Assembly: GCF_963506605.1 (NCBI RefSeq)
Contig: NC_083284.1
Coordinates: 10,602,001 to 10,666,000, forward strand
Origin: Zootoca vivipara
Taxonomy: Eukaryota
Direction of reading: 5' to 3'
DNA length: 64,000 bases
Below the pieces are notes generated by a model. That model saw only the letters and a program-made list of their open reading frames with translations, searched no databases and was not told the origin of the DNA. The position numbers were made by a program, and so were the translations under genes. Shown one piece after another: positions 48,505 to 62,783 of this stretch; the first letter of the stretch is position 1; every line of letters starts with the position of its first letter.

Positions 48505-49172
48505 AAAATAATAGTGCCCAGGGTCTGCCAGCTCCATCTAGTACGCCAGTTACGACCCTACCTGCCTGCGCACTGTCTCCCCAGAGTGGTACATGCCCTG
48601 GTTATTTCCTGCTTGGATTACTGCAATGCGCTCTACGTGGGGCTACCTTTGAAGGTGACTCAGAAATGACAACTAAACCAGAATGCGGCAGCTACAGTTT
48701 AACCTACAAGGTTAAACTGCCTATCACTATGGCTTATTTTCGGAGAAACATGGTAGACTGGTGACTGGGAGCGGCCTCCAGGACCATATAACACCAGTCC
48801 TAAAAGACCTACACTGCCTCCCAGCACAATTCTGAGCACAATTCAAAGTGTTGGTGCTGACCTTTAAAGCCCTAAATTGCCTTGGCCCAGTGTACCTGAA
48901 GGAGCATCTCGACTCTGTAAGAAGTGAGGTTACAGGCAGAGGGCCTTCTCAGTAGTGGCACCTGCCCTGTGGAACTCCCTCCCATCCAATGTCAAGGAAA
49001 TAAACAACTATCTGACATCTAGAAGACACCTGAAGGTATCCCTGTATAGGAAAGGGTTTTTTTATGTTTAATGCTTTATTATGTTTTTATTTGTGTTGGA
49101 AGCTGCCCAGAGTGGCTGGGGCAACCCAGTCAGATGGGCGGGGTACAAATAATAATATTAATATTAATAATT
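48505..49172 (+). mobile_element. L2 LINE 3' fragment
   Basis: LDYCNALYVGLP and VLKDLH.LP remnants, plus L2 tail. Confidence 0.75.
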
Positions 49173-49178
49173 ATAGTA

Positions 49179-49428
49179 CCGTGTTTCTCCGAAAATAAGA
49201 CACCCTCTTATATTTATTTTTCCTTTTAAAAAAAACCCCACAGTGGCTTATTTTCAGGGGATGTCTTATTTTTTATTACGCATCCAGCCTCGCCTCTTCC
49301 TTGGGGCCCTCCAGAACTGCGCCTATCACTATGTCTTATTTTCGGGGTATGGCTTATATTGTGCAAATGCTTAGAAATCCTGCTATGGATTATTTTATGG
49401 GTATGTCTTATTTTAGGAGAAACAGGGT
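49179..49428. mobile_element. Tigger/pogo-like MITE
   Basis: TIR CCGTGTTTCTCCGAAAATAAGAC / GTCTTATTTTAGGAGAAACAGG with TA flanks. Confidence 0.75.
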
Positions 49429-50399
49429 AGTGGTCAACATGCATAGGGTTGTGCTGAAAGTCAGAATTTTTCTGTTGTCTTTTTTTTTAGCACAAGGCTT
49501 CAAACTGGAAGCACACCTTAAATCAAAAAGATGCACAGAACCTTGATTGACTTCCAGAACAATGGCATGTAGCCTGGCTATTTGCAGAGAAAAGGGACCA
49601 GATCAGACAGCTCTTGGCAGGCTTTCAAGCCTAAGAATTCTTTGCATTTCTTTACTCTCCTCTTCCATTCCACATCCTTGCTTTTAAGTTGCCTCCTTCT
49701 GCAAAGTGCCCTGCCTGTTTTATTTTCTTGTGTTTTCTGCTGCAAATTTAAATTATCTGCTGATAACTCTTAATGAATGCTCACCATTGATAAAAAAAAA
49801 ACCTGTACAGGCTTACAAACCCCTTAATTGGGGAGTGGTTAATGTCCAAATGCAGTTTCAATGGCATGTGTTTTATAGCAGAGACAGCGCACCAAAAAAT
49901 GACAGCCAGATGAAAGGAATTGTATCTGCTGCACCTCCTTGGAAAGGCCACTTCATTAAGGAAGGCTGATGAGGGCCTGTTGTCTACTTCTCAGATCCTA
50001 CAATCAATGATGTGTTGCAGACAGCCTGCTCAGCTTTTGCAAAGACACACAGCAAGCAAACTATGCTCCTGAGGAATGCAGCTGGGCAGCCAGGTAAGGG
50101 TGGAATGCAGAAGAGGATTACAAACAAACAAACGCCCTCCGGCTTTGCTTAATTAGCCTTCAAAGGAAAGTCTGGTTCCGTTTCCAAGAATCTTTTACTC
50201 CTGGCTTACAGCAGGAACTCCTCCCGCAGGGTTTTCCTTGCCCATCAACCACCTTCGTAATTAAAGTGGCACATTCTGGCCTCTGCCATCAGCCAGAGGA
50301 CCAGACGATGCTCTGGAGGGTGCCCTACTACCACCACCCCACACCTCCCTGGAAGGGGGAGACATCGGCTGCCTACAAAATACTGGCTTACATTGCAGT

Positions 50400-50747
50400 G
50401 GTAAAGGTAAAGGGACCCCTGACCATTAGGTCCAGTCGTGACCGACTCTGGGGTTGCGCGCTCATCTCGCATTATTGGCCGAGGGAGCCGGCGTACAGCT
50501 TCCAGGTCATGTGGCCAGCATGACAAAGCTGCTTCTGGCAACCCAGAGCAGCACATGGAAATGCCGTTTACCTTCCCGCTGTAGCAGTTCCTATTTATCT
50601 ACTTGCATTTTGACGTGCTTTCGAACTGCTAGGTTGGCAGGAGCTGGGACCGAGCAACGGGAGCTCACCCCGTCACAGGGATTCGAACAGCCGACCTTCT
50701 GATCAGCAAGCCCTAGGCTCAGTGGTTTAACCACAGCATCACCTGGG
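50400..50747 (-). mobile_element. Sauria SINE
   Basis: Family consensus. Confidence 0.9.
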
Positions 50748-53700
50748 AGTGCAGGTGCAGTGAGGTTATCCTTATTCTCAGTTTGGATCAAAGCTGGTTT
50801 GGGGAAAGTGCATCAAAACACCTGAGGTCAGCAACCTTTTTCAGCCATGAGCCGGTACACCATCCCTCAGACCATGTGGGGGGGCCAGACTATTTTTTTT
50901 GGGGGGGATGAACAAATTCCTATGCCCCACAAATAACCCAGAGATGCATTTTTAATAAAAGCACACATTCTACTCATGTAAAAACATGCTGATTCTTGGA
51001 CCGTCCACGGGCCGGATTGAGAAGGCGATTGGGCCGCATCCAGCCCCCAGGCCTTCGGTTGCCTACCCCTGGAGAAAACAGGGAGTAAACAAAAGTGTGC
51101 ACAGCTCTCTCTTTTTTGGCTCAGCCTGAGACAGAACAGCACATTCCCTGCCCCCTTCTGCAAAGAATCCTGGGGGAAACTTTAGTTTTCCCATCACATA
51201 GCTACAATACTCAGCATCCTTAAGGAACTACTGCTCCCAGGATTCTTTGTGGGGGGGCAGAAATGTGGATTAAATGTACAGTGTGTATGCAGTCTAAGAA
51301 CTAGTGCCTGGATTTGTTTTGTTCTTCCTGCCTCCCAGTCCCTTTTCTTTTTATGTCATGTCTTTTGTCAGGCTGAAGGCAGAGACTTTCTTACTACTAA
51401 CTGTTATAAGCCACTCTGGAAGTCTTTTTTGACCGAAGAGCAGGCTAAAAATGCCTATAAATAAACTCACTTACCAGGGAGTGAAGCCCTGCTTCATAAA
51501 CACGCATAGTATTTAACTGCATGCTTGACTTACACATTGTTTGGAAGTTAAGTCCTGGTGGTTCAGTGGACCTTATTCTAAGTACTGTAGTGTGGCTTGA
51601 CATTGTCGATTCAGTGCAGCAGAGGATCAATAAGTTGGCAAGCCCAGGTTGGAGAGAAGCGGTGTGCAAGGAAGCTGTGAGCAACCTGCCTTTGTTGTGC
51701 TTTACAACAGACACGCAGACTTTAGGTTTGTTGCATTTTCTTTGGGGGGTTTTACTAGAAACTCAAGATCTACCAGCTAGAGCCTGGTGTGCAAACGAAA
51801 CAACGCATGGATGAGAAATATAGCATATATTGCAACCTGCCGTAGATAAGCCGGCACTTCTCGTTAGCTCCCTTTGTGTTTACCAAGTTGATTTACTGAA
51901 AAACTCATTATACTGTACTGGTTTGCTGCAATCATCTCATTATTATGTATGTACCATAAAATTAGGTGTTTATTATTTTAACCCCCCCCAGTGACCTATT
52001 TTCAGTTAGTCATGTCATGTTTTATGATCCACATGTGCATGTGATGTTGTAACAAGAAAATATAAGAAAAAGAAAAAAAAAAGAACTACAGCCAGCTGCA
52101 AAAAGGCATACAGTTAAAATAAAAGAGCAAGGTGCGCTCTGAGCCTAGGAGTGGCTTTTCAGAACCAGACATGAGCTGAGCTCACACAATTGTGACCTCA
52201 AGTTTCCTCTGCTTCAACAGCCTCATTTAAGGATTTAAAGGGGCCCTTTTTGTTGCTGCCAAATGCAAAGCACACCACACACTGGAATCCTTGCTGGATC
52301 GCCTGCAAATCACCGAGAGACCTGCTGTTAGATCCTGATTTACTTTTTGTTCACCTTGCACACCGTATTCATTCTATTTTAACGCCAGTCTGTTGCTAAA
52401 CCAGTCCGAAAACACATCAGGCACCTTTGACGCATTTAGCAAATATTTACATTATTCGTTTATTGAAAAGCATGTCTGCCTTGCTTTTATGCTCTTGTGA
52501 TTAACACTAACAATACATTAATTAGTAAATAAATTAATAATGCATTATTAATTACAGTAGCTGTATTTCCTCCCAAAGGAGCACAGGGTAGCAAACAAGA
52601 AGTGATAAAACAGTAAAACCTCATCTTTTGGGGGGAAGGCTCGGGTGAACAAGTTATGCCTATCTATGTACCATGAAACAAAGGAGGATATAATTTTTAA
52701 AAAAATCTACATGGAAGACTAACTTGTGTGGGAGGCCATATGCATGTAACACACCTAATATTTCCCAGCTGGTATTAGCACGGTCCCCTAAGGATTGACA
52801 TTCCCGTAGTGCAGAGTGATAAAGTGCAGATTTCCAAACCACTAAGCTGAATCAGAGTCAATACAAAGAGGCTCGGCAGCTGGCTCCGATCCTGGGCCTC
52901 TCTTGAAATCAATGCTGCTAGGTGCCATTGATGTGCCTGGAAAACTTGAGATGGATGGCAACAAGGGAAAGACATTCCACTGTCATCGGCAAGGGCAGCA
53001 AAAACTCTCAAGGGAAACCTGTCCTAATTGTCTCCACTTTTATTTGTTGGTTTGTGAAAGAATATCGGTATACCCGTGTCACAAAAAATATATAGTGAAG
53101 CGATTTGCAGCAATAAAAAAGCCGAACCATACAATAGAAACCATTAAAAAGTTTTAAAAATGCATCGGTTAACCACATGGAAGGATGTGTTCTTAATTGC
53201 CTGCATGGGCCTGGCAGAATAGAAAAATTTGCTGCAGGCCTTTGAAAGTTGGCACAGAAGGTGCCTGCTGAATCTCTAATGGCAGGGAGTTCCACAGGAC
53301 TGGGCAGGTGGTTTTGAATAATTTCTTTATCATGAGCTAAAGTAAGCATTAGGGTGGGTCATAAAAAACTTTTTTTGGAAAATGTTTCCTCCCTTGATCT
53401 TATATCAGGCGTATGGTATAAACATAGTCAGACTTCAAATTTGGGACAAATCGGTTAATATTTAGACCCTGCTCCTACAGATTGAAATTTTGCCTCACTA
53501 CGAGTGATGAAAACATAGGAATTTGACTCATTTATTCTCAGTATGTTAAATTGTGAACTAATAAACATAAATTTTAGGTTTTATGTAGAGCAATAATAGT
53601 TGCATACTATTATTTTCTGCAATATTTATTTAAGATAAAACATGTTGATAATTTACATGAAAAACCAATGGTTTTGAACAAATTATATGGAACAATTAAA

Positions 53701-54561
53701 CAAGCAAAAAACAATTAAGCAAACAAGCAAAAAAGCTGGAGATAGCTGGAGCAGCTGAATTTCCACTTATCACACGACTATTGGTATAGGAGCCCAGGAG
53801 AGAATGTGGCTCAGCATTGCCACCTTTTTATACTGGTCCTGTTACTGTGTCTTTTAATGGCAGAAAGGCACAGACAGATGTAGCAGGTAAAGTGTTTCCT
53901 AGCCCTGAAATGGAGGAGACGGCTTCTGGGCTTACCTTTTGCTGATCAGGCTTGTTAAGAGCATAGGGACAGAACAGGGCAGGTTTTAAAAATGTGGCAA
54001 ACCTGCTTCTGGTTCCATCCCGCCTTCTTACACCAGAATTACAGAGCTGCCAGTTTTAATCATGGAGGCTATTATGGGTTGCTGATACTACTTAACTTTG
54101 CATTGTATCTGCATTTTGTTCCATTATGTAGCGGCCGTGACTGAACTGTTTGACCATCATATTAAACAGAGCTGAAGTGGCCAACTTTTCTACTCAGCTG
54201 TGCTCCTGTGCCTTTAACGGCTGCTTGAGCTACATTGCATCAGCAAGTGATCATGTTTGCTGGCCTCCCTTCCCTTTTGGCAAGGGACTGTACCAATGGG
54301 TTGGTGACATGATCGTACTGGACTATTTATTTTAAATGTTTGTAAATGATGCCAATAAAGGTTTTGATTGATTGATTGATTGAAGTGATCATGCTTGTCT
54401 CAATGCCCTATTTTTAAGAAGCCCCCTCACCTTTTAACAGGTCATCCTTCTGTAAAAGGCACAGGAGCAAACCAAGTCCTTTCCCCCCCCCTCGGTCAGT
54501 TATCAATCCAACAGCACTGGCCTTTCCTTAACGGTCTTGCTGTTTCCACCTATAGCCAGTA

Positions 54562-54929
54562 CAGTGGTACCTCGGTTTATGAACACAATTGGTTCCGGAA
54601 GTCTGTTCATAAACTGAAGCATTCATAAACTGAAGCGAACTTTCCCATTGAAAGTAAATGAAAGTGGATTAATCTGTTCCAGACGGTCCGCGGAGTACTT
54701 AAACTGAAGTGTTCATAAACTGAAGCGAACTTTCCCATTGAAAGTAATGGAAAGTGGATTAATCTGTTCCAGACAGTCCGCAGAGTACTTAAACTGAAGC
54801 GTTCATAAACTGAAGCGAACTTTCCCATTGAAAGTAATGGAAAGTGAATTAATCCGTTCCAGATGGGTCCGCGGCGTTCGTAAACCGAAAATTCGTAAAC
54901 CGAGGCGTTCATAAACTGAGGTTCCACTG
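54562..54929. mobile_element. Tc1/mariner MITE with internal ~84-bp tandem repeats
   Basis: CAGTGGTACCTCGG...GAGGTTCCACTG with TA flanks. Inverted sister copy at 61101-61437. Confidence 0.85.
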
Positions 54930-55075
54930 TAGTGTATCTTCCTTTTTTCTTTTTCTTTTTTTGAATAAGCAAGGCTGTGGCTTGGGATTACATAGTACGC
55001 AAACAAGTTGTATTTCTTCCAAATCGCCCATCATAATCTTTCTTTCTTGCAAGCTTTCACAAACTGTGTCCCCGC

Positions 55076-55165
55076 CATAGCTGCCAAGTTATCCCTTTTT
55101 TAAAGGGATTTTCCCTTATGCTGAATAGGCTTCCTCGCGAGAAAAGGGAAAACTTGGCAGCTATG
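55076..55165. mobile_element. 90-bp hAT MITE
   Basis: Perfect TIR CATAGCTGCCAAGTT with TSD GTCCCCGC. Confidence 0.9.
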
Positions 55166-55888
55166 GTCCCCGCTCAGTGCTGCTCTGCAGAGAATAACTA
55201 GGGGGTTGGGGGGTTAGGAAATGCATCTTGGCCACGTAATGTATTGTTCTGGCCAATACTAATTGGCCTGTAGAGCTTAAGTGGAATACAGCGTTCCTTG
55301 CCTAATGTCTCGGAGAGCTGTGTGGTCTTTCTGCAGAGACACAAACCTGCAGACTCATCTCGCTGCTGCAGCCTCTTCAGAAAGGAACAGAAGTTGGGAC
55401 TGTGGGAGACACACCAAGCCACATCCAAACATAAACTTGTGCTAATATTTTAAAAGTTTGTTTTTTGATAATAATGATGATGATGGATGGATGGATTACA
55501 GCAAGGATAGGGCGGGGTTGATTGGGAAGCTTTNNNNNNNNNNNNNNNNNNNNNNNNNNNNNNNNNNNNNNNNNNNNNNNNNNNNNNNNNNNNNNNNNNN
55601 NNNNNNNNNNNNNNNNNNNNNNNNNNNNNNNNNNNNNNNNNNNNNNNNNNNNNNNNNNNNNNNNNNNNNNNNNNNCTCACTGGCTCAATTAGCTCTGTCG
55701 GTTCGGCACAAAGACTCTCCATTTCAGGGTTGTGGGTTCAAGCCCCCTGTTTGGCAAAAGATTCCTGCATTGCAGGGGGTTGGACTAGATGACCCTCGTG
55801 GTCCCTTCCAACTCTACAATTCTATGATCTGGCCTTGTGCTATGTTACCTATGATCATTAAAATTTGTTAACATTTCCAAAAATAAAA

Positions 55889-55889
55889 T

Positions 55890-55972
<83 letters not shown>
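55889..55972. repeat. (GA)n microsatellite
   Basis: Directly visible. Confidence 0.95.
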
Positions 55973-55974
<2 letters not shown>

Positions 55975-56324
55975 CATTTTTTAAATAATGGAAAGTAAGG
56001 TTCGGTGCTCAAATTATTGGGATGATAATAATAATAATAAAATATAAATATAAATAAACAAACAAACAAATAAATAAATAAATATGTAGCCCTAGCAGTG
56101 GTGGCCAAACTTGGCTCTTTATCAACACAAATATGTAGAAAATAAAGAAATAATATAGTGGATTTTTTTTTTTTAGAAACAGCAGTGTGTAATAGGTGGG
56201 GAATAAATAAGAAGTGGAAGTTGGGGGAAGCCCAGGAGGGGTGGAAAGAGGGAATGTGATATGGATGTGTGATGTTTGTAATTGAAAAAGAAAACTGAAT
56301 AAAAAATTAATACAAAAAATAAAC

Positions 56325-56432
56325 TCTCGGCTATGTCCTGTCCGCCTTGGGTGGCCCTGCACGGCATAGCTCATAGCTTCTTGGAGTTATTCAAGCCCCT
56401 TCGCCACGACAAGGCAGTGATCCATGAAGGGG
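56325..56432 (-). mobile_element. Bov-B 5' fragment
   Basis: CACTGCCTTGTCGTGGCGAAGGGGCTTG...GGGCCACCCAAG matches the recalled Bov-B 5' end. Confidence 0.65.
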
Positions 56433-57681
56433 CTAGCTAGATAAGGGGACCATAATAGCCAAAGTATTGTTAGGGCAGCTGGCAGGATGGCCTAGGAGGG
56501 TTGGTTAACTCGGGGTGAACTTGTGAATTTAGCAGAGTCTACACCAGGCATCCCCAAACTGCAGCCCTCCAGATGTTTTGGCCTACAACTCCCATCATCC
56601 CTAGTTAACAGGACCAGTGATCAGGGATGATGGGAATTGTAGTCCCAAAACAGCTGGAGAGCCAAGTTTAGCCACCACTGCGGCCTAAAGGAAACCCACA
56701 ATCATCACTCCTCATTTTCCTCCGATTTTTGCCATTTCACGGCACCCTTGTCAAAATCACAAAAGATACCCAGGGAGGGTCTTCTCTGACAACCCATCCT
56801 GTAATTTGAGCACTATTATATTGGACGGGGAATAAATTTCTTTTTTGGGGGGGGTTAAGTGTTTGCAGAGGAAATACCCTTCCAGGTTTTTTTGGGGGGG
56901 GGGGAGGGAAAAGAATGGGAATTTAGAATCATTCTTCTGTTATCAAGAGGAGGAAACTATCAGCCAGACCCTGGGGTAGATTGTTCTAATCTGGCAGAGG
57001 AGCAGACTGAGAGGACAAGCATGAATGGATTTTATAGCAGGCTGAAGGTTATCTTCATAGCTGGGAGAGATAATTGCTTTGGTTTTACAATTAAAAAAGA
57101 AGAAGGAAAAACCCACAGCTAGACTTCCACTGCACTGCCACCACAAGGTCCTTTGTTTTTACTTTTTCCCATTGATTAACTCCAGTGTTTTCCAGCTTTT
57201 CAGCCAGAATATTTGTGACTTTAATGGCAGCATGATGTGCGGATATTAGCTGGTGATAATGCTCATCTTAGAATCGTAGAGTTAGAAGGAACCCCCCCAT
57301 GGTCATCTAGTCCAACCCCCTGCAGTCTCTGAGGTGTAATAAAAGCATCATTTGCCAATTTCCATATATCAAGCTGCCGCTGAAGGAACGTTGCAATCCT
57401 GTTTGCCTGCCAAAGTGCGTTTCTTTCTACCATATGCTTTTATCTATGTACATTTAAATTGGAAGAAGCTTTGTTTGAGGGGACACAGTGTGATTCAGTG
57501 GGTGTAATGTTGCCAACTCTCTCGTTTTAAAAATAAATATAAAAACTGGCTCTGTTTCTGTACCTTGAACTGCAGTCTCATGCACAGAAATCAAGCAAGG
57601 CATGCCGTTCTAGGAAAGGAGAATGATGGGAAAAGATTTCCCGACTTAGCTTCTGAATGTCAGGCTGCTGACAAAAATATA

Positions 57682-58364
57682 CAGTGGTACCTTGGTTCTC
57701 AAATGCCTTGGTGCTCAAACACCTAGGTTCTCAACTGCCAAAAACCCAGAAGTAAGTGTTCTGGTTTTCGAACGTTTTTTGGAAGCCAAATGTCTGATGC
57801 AGCTGTCGGCTATTGTTTCTGGGGCGCCTGCACCAATCAGAAGCTGTGGCTTGGTTTTCAAACATTTCAGAAGTCAAACGGACTTCCAGAACGGATTAAG
57901 TTTGGTGCTTTTGTTTTTACTATTTACTGTATTTTGCATTTTTGTTTTTGAGGCTTTTTCCATGAATTTGTTTTTGTGACTGTGTGAAACCCAGTTCAGC
58001 TACTGATTGATTGATTGATTGATTGATTGTGTGACTGTGGAAATGGATAAAAGCCCCCCATCCAAACAATGACTTTCATCAGTGCACATAAGTGGGGGGG
58101 GGGGTTAACTTTAATTTTTATCATCTACAATAATTTATTTTATAGTACAGTGCATTGATTATTGCTTTCATTTTGTGGATCAATGGTCTCATTAGATAGT
58201 AAAATCCGTGTTAAATTGCTGTATTAGGGGTTGTTTGTAAATTCTGGAACAGATTAATCTATTTTGCATTACTTTCTATGGGAAAATGTGCCTTGGTTTT
58301 GGAATGCTTTGGTTTTGGAACGGACGTCCGGAACGGATTAAGTTTGAGAACCAACATACCACTG
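57682..58364. mobile_element. Tc1/mariner MITE
   Basis: CAGTGGTACCTTGGTTCTCAAA / TTTGAGAACCAACATACCACTG with TA flanks. Confidence 0.8.
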
Positions 58365-59455
58365 TATGGGCACGAGCAGTATAAACGCTAGTCATTAGGG
58401 CTGCCAACTTACTAAGAAAAGAAAGGCTTAACTGGCTCCTGTCGCCTTTAGCAACATCTTTAAAAGTGAAGCTTTCATTCTTTTATTCTGTGAATTCTAT
58501 TGTGAAGAACGAATGTGACTCATTTTACCCCTATTACCAAAATTCACACCCTTGCAATATTATCTGGAATTCTCCCCCGAAACATTACATAAATTCCTTT
58601 TGGAAGATTCTTTGAGCTCAGTATCCTACACTGTGGCCAAATTTTGCACCTTAGTTATAAAAAACCCCATAAATCTCTTTTATTGAATAACATATTATAA
58701 CAATTTGTCCTGCCCTCTGACAATGATATTGCTGCTACAGTTTTTAGTTAAATCTCTTACTTTTTATGGTGTTTTATTCCTCTGGACCTGTATTTTAAGT
58801 ACTGTACATTTAATTAGTATATTGACTGTTAAAACCCCATATCAGTTGTTTTTATTGTTTATGTTGAGAATTATGCAGAATTGTTAATGTAGAGAATGTA
58901 CAGAAGCGGCTGCCGCCGTCTGCATATGCGCAGAAGCACATTGCTGTCAAATGTGCCTGCACACAACGGCACTTCTACCAGCGACCCGGATCGACTTACG
59001 GATGGACCTCCGGAACTGATTGTGTCCGTAAGTAGAGGTTCCACTGTATATTCTTATTGCATTATTTATTGCAATTTTTTTGCACTTTTCCGTCCTTTTT
59101 TCTGTCTTTATTTTGTACAACTGAAATGTTCTTAATAATTTATTTAAAAAAATAAATGAGTGAGAAACTTTCAGATTCCTAAGCTATCTCCATTTCTTTG
59201 ATCTCTGTGCTGAGCTTTGAAGTCAAAGTAATTAATGTTTGTNNNNNNNNNNNNNNNNNNNNNNNNNNNNNNNNNNNNNNNNNNNNNNNNNNNNNNNNNN
59301 NNNNNNNNNNNNNNNNNNNNNNNNNNNNNNNNNNNNNNNNNNNNNNNNNNNNNNNNNNNNNNNNNNNNNNNNNNNNNNNNNNNNNNNNNNNNNNNNNNNN
59401 NNNNNNNNNNNNNNATTCTTTGCTTCTCCAGTTAGTTATCTAGGACTATAGAACT

Positions 59456-59802
59456 AAAGGTAAAGGTAAAGGGACCCCTGACCATTAGGTCCAGTCGTGA
59501 CCGACTCTGGGGTTGCGCGCTCATCTCACATTATTGGCCGAGGGAGCCAGCGTATAGCTCTCAGGTCATATGGCCAGCATGACAAAGCCACTTCTGGCAA
59601 ACCAGAGCAGCACATGGAAACGCCGTTTACCTTCCCGCTGTAGCGGTTCCTATTTATCTACTTGCACTTTGACGTGCTTTCAAGCTGCTAGGTGGGCAGG
59701 AGCTGGGACCGAGGACCGGGAGCTCACCCCGTCGCAGGGATTCGAACCGCCAACCTTCTGATCAGCAAGCCCTAGGCTCAGTGGTTTAACCACAGCGCCA
59801 CC
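59456..59802 (-). mobile_element. Sauria SINE
   Basis: Family consensus. Confidence 0.9.
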
Positions 59803-60084
59803 ATTTCCTATCAAATACTGTGCTTCCCTTAATGAACCTAAGCTTTTGAAAACTTTATACCAAGTCGCACCCTGAATGCTTTCCAGTTTAAGCTGTGCAC
59901 CATGCGGTTCATGAAAGGTTAACTTCTGCTTTTGCACTACAAACTCTATATGCCAACAAGGAAGCTGTGAGCTTACTGGGGGATGCTCCCTCTTTTGGGG
60001 TCAGGGAGCCTGTAGGTCCGTGGCGGGGAGGGCAGAATAGTTCCTGCAAAGCAAAGAACAGAGGGGCTGAGTGGAGTGGGACAT

Positions 60085-60940
60085 TCACAGGGCAATCAAA
60101 ATGCTTGTTTACAAAGCTATTGTACTACCAACCCTACTGCATACTTGTGAAACATGGACCACTTATAAACGCCATCTCCAACTCCTGGAAAGATTCCATC
60201 AAATGGTGTCTCCAAAAATTTTTACACATCACCTGGGAAGACAGGCGGACTTATTCCAGTGTACTGGAAGAAGCAAAGATCACCCGTGTCAAAGCAATTA
60301 TTCAACTTCATTGGACTGTTGTACAGATGCCTGATTCTCATCTTCCAAAGCAACTACAGTGGTACCTCGACTTCCGAATGCCTTGACTTCTGAAGGTTTC
60401 GACCTCCGAAGTCCGCTAACCCGGAAGTATTTTCGCCCTGTGCGCGTTCGCGGCACGTGCGGTCTGTGCATGCGCAAAGCGCAAAATTTCGAGTTCCGAA
60501 GGTTTCGACTTCCGAAGAGCGCCGCGGAACGGATCGCCTTCAGAAGTCGAGGTACCACTGTACTTTATTCTGAACTTAAAAATAGAAAGCGTAATGCTGG
60601 TGGTCAACAAAAGAGGTTTAACGACTCTCTCAAGGAAAAAAAAGAAATGTAGTATAAGCACGGACAACTGGGAAACACTGGCCTGCGAGTGTCCAGTTCG
60701 AGAACAGCCTTTACCGAAGGTGTCATGGGTTTTGAAGACGCTCAAACTCAGGACGCAAGGGAGAAACGTGCTAAGAGGAAGGCATGCTTGGCAGACCCAC
60801 ACCACACCATGATCAACTCCTGCCTGGAAACCAATGTCCCCACTGTGGAAGGACACATGGATCCAGAATTGGCCTCCACAATCACTTACAGTCTCATTGT
60901 TAAAACCGTGTTTATGGAAGGCAATCTTACTCGGCTACGA
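60085..60940 (+). mobile_element. RTE-clade LINE 3' fragment interrupted by a Tc1 MITE (60357-60560)
   Basis: VYKAIVLPTLL.TCETW and ELKN.KRNAGGQQKRF.DSLK, with frameshifts. Confidence 0.8.
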
Positions 60941-61100
60941 GTTAGTATTGCAAGCACATTTGCTCTCCTTCCAAGAAAATAACAGTGTTGCTTCTCTCTG
61001 TTGGAGCCGCAACTTCTACTGTAGCAACTAGAAGTCTGCCACCTCCTCTCTGGGGTGTTATGCACAAAGGCTAGTGTTACAATTACATTTATTTTAAGTA

Positions 61101-61437
61101 CAGTGGAACCTCGGTTTATGAACACCTCTGTTTACGAATTTTCGGTTTACGAACGCCACGGACCCATCTGGAATGGATTCATTCACTTTCCATTACTTTC
61201 AATAGGAAAGTTCGTTTCAGTTTATGAACGCTTCAGTTTATGAACAGACTTCCGGAACCAATTACACCCATGCTTCGGGTTAAGTACGCATCAGGTTGAG
61301 TACTCTGCGGACCCGTCTGGAACGGATTAATCCACTTTCCATTACTTTCAATGGGAAAGTTCGCTTCAGTTTATGAACGCTTCAGTTTATGAACAGACTT
61401 CCGGAACCAATTGTGTTCATAAACCGAGGTACCACTG
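61101..61437. mobile_element. Tc1/mariner MITE
   Basis: TIRs and TA flanks, same family as 54562. Confidence 0.85.
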
Positions 61438-61877
61438 TATCTGTTAACAGTTGCCAGGCCAAGCCTGAACAGCAATACCGATTTATTTCATAGGCATTGT
61501 CTTAGCTCCTTCCTGGATCCAGGATTAATTCACACATAACTTAAAGGTAATTTTAGGGCATGTTTTTCCTGGGCCACGTGGCAAAGTGGTCCTCTGACTA
61601 TTCCATCACCCCCAGCCAGATCAGATTTCAGCATGAGGGCAAAGGTAAGGTTTGCAGCACACCTTTTCACATGCTGAAAAATGATCTGGCTGCGTAAGGG
61701 AGCTGCTGGATAACAGCCTGCCATCTGGTCCACCAAAAGGAGCACTAAACTTCCCACAAGGCCAGGATACGTTTTATCCTTTGCTTGTTTATTTCAGAAA
61801 TATATTCCCTGCATTCCCAGAATGCAGATGGGTAAATTGCCAGGGCTAAGCCAGTCTTCAGGAAAGGGCTACAGAGG

Positions 61878-61878
61878 C

Positions 61879-61933
<55 letters not shown>
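61878..61933. repeat. (CAA)n microsatellite
   Basis: Directly visible. Confidence 0.95.
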
Positions 61934-61935
<2 letters not shown>

Positions 61936-62783
61936 GTGAAAAGTATTAATTTTCCATCTCAATCTCTCCCCCCCCTTCATAATAAATTTTATTCAATTTT
62001 GAAAACTTAAACACATTAACTTCAAATTCAATGTATGTTTTCTTGCAACATTACCCCTGTGGTGTTTTTATCCCCACCCATAATATCCTGCATTATATGT
62101 CAAACCATATCTAACACCTACTTCCTATTTTACATTTGTTGTCCTTCTCAATCTGCTGCTCATAATTCAAATCCTTCCCCCTGATTTCATTTGACCATAG
62201 ATCTTTCTCAAATATTCCAAGCCATCTTGATTTATTTTTAGATGCCCGAGCAGAAGAAGAAGTTCATTTTTAATCAGGCTTTTGGCCCTTAATTTGGAGG
62301 GGTTTTTTTGTGTTTGCACCCCCTTTTAACATGGTTGGGATGTGTTCAGCCTGCCTTGTATATTATTTTATGATTTATTATTTCATAAAATTTATACACC
62401 CCTTGACTGTAAAAAAAAAGCTCAATAAAATTATCAATGAGAAAAATTAATCAGAATTTAAGACCCTTGGAAAGTTAAAATAGCAATGAGCTAAAACAGA
62501 TTAAACTTGCACCAACTTTCTAAATATCTGGGTAGGCTTGTTTAAAGATAAATGTTTTTAGCAGGTGCTGAAAAGAGGACAGTGATGGTACCTGCCTGGT
62601 GTCAATAGCCAGGGAGTTCCAAAGTCTAGATGTTGCTAGTGCCACACTAAAAGACTAAGCTCTTACAAATGCAGAATGGGTATTACCGCACGTGGCACCA
62701 GTAATAGTGCCAAATTCTGCTAATCAAAGTGGTCAATCAAAGTGCAATGTTTGACATAAGGCAATGCAGGTAAACTTGTCCCA

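Noticed and set aside
54600-54860. CRISPR-like regularly spaced repeats
   Set aside because: Vertebrate DNA; these are tandem internal repeats of a Tc1 MITE without unique spacers.
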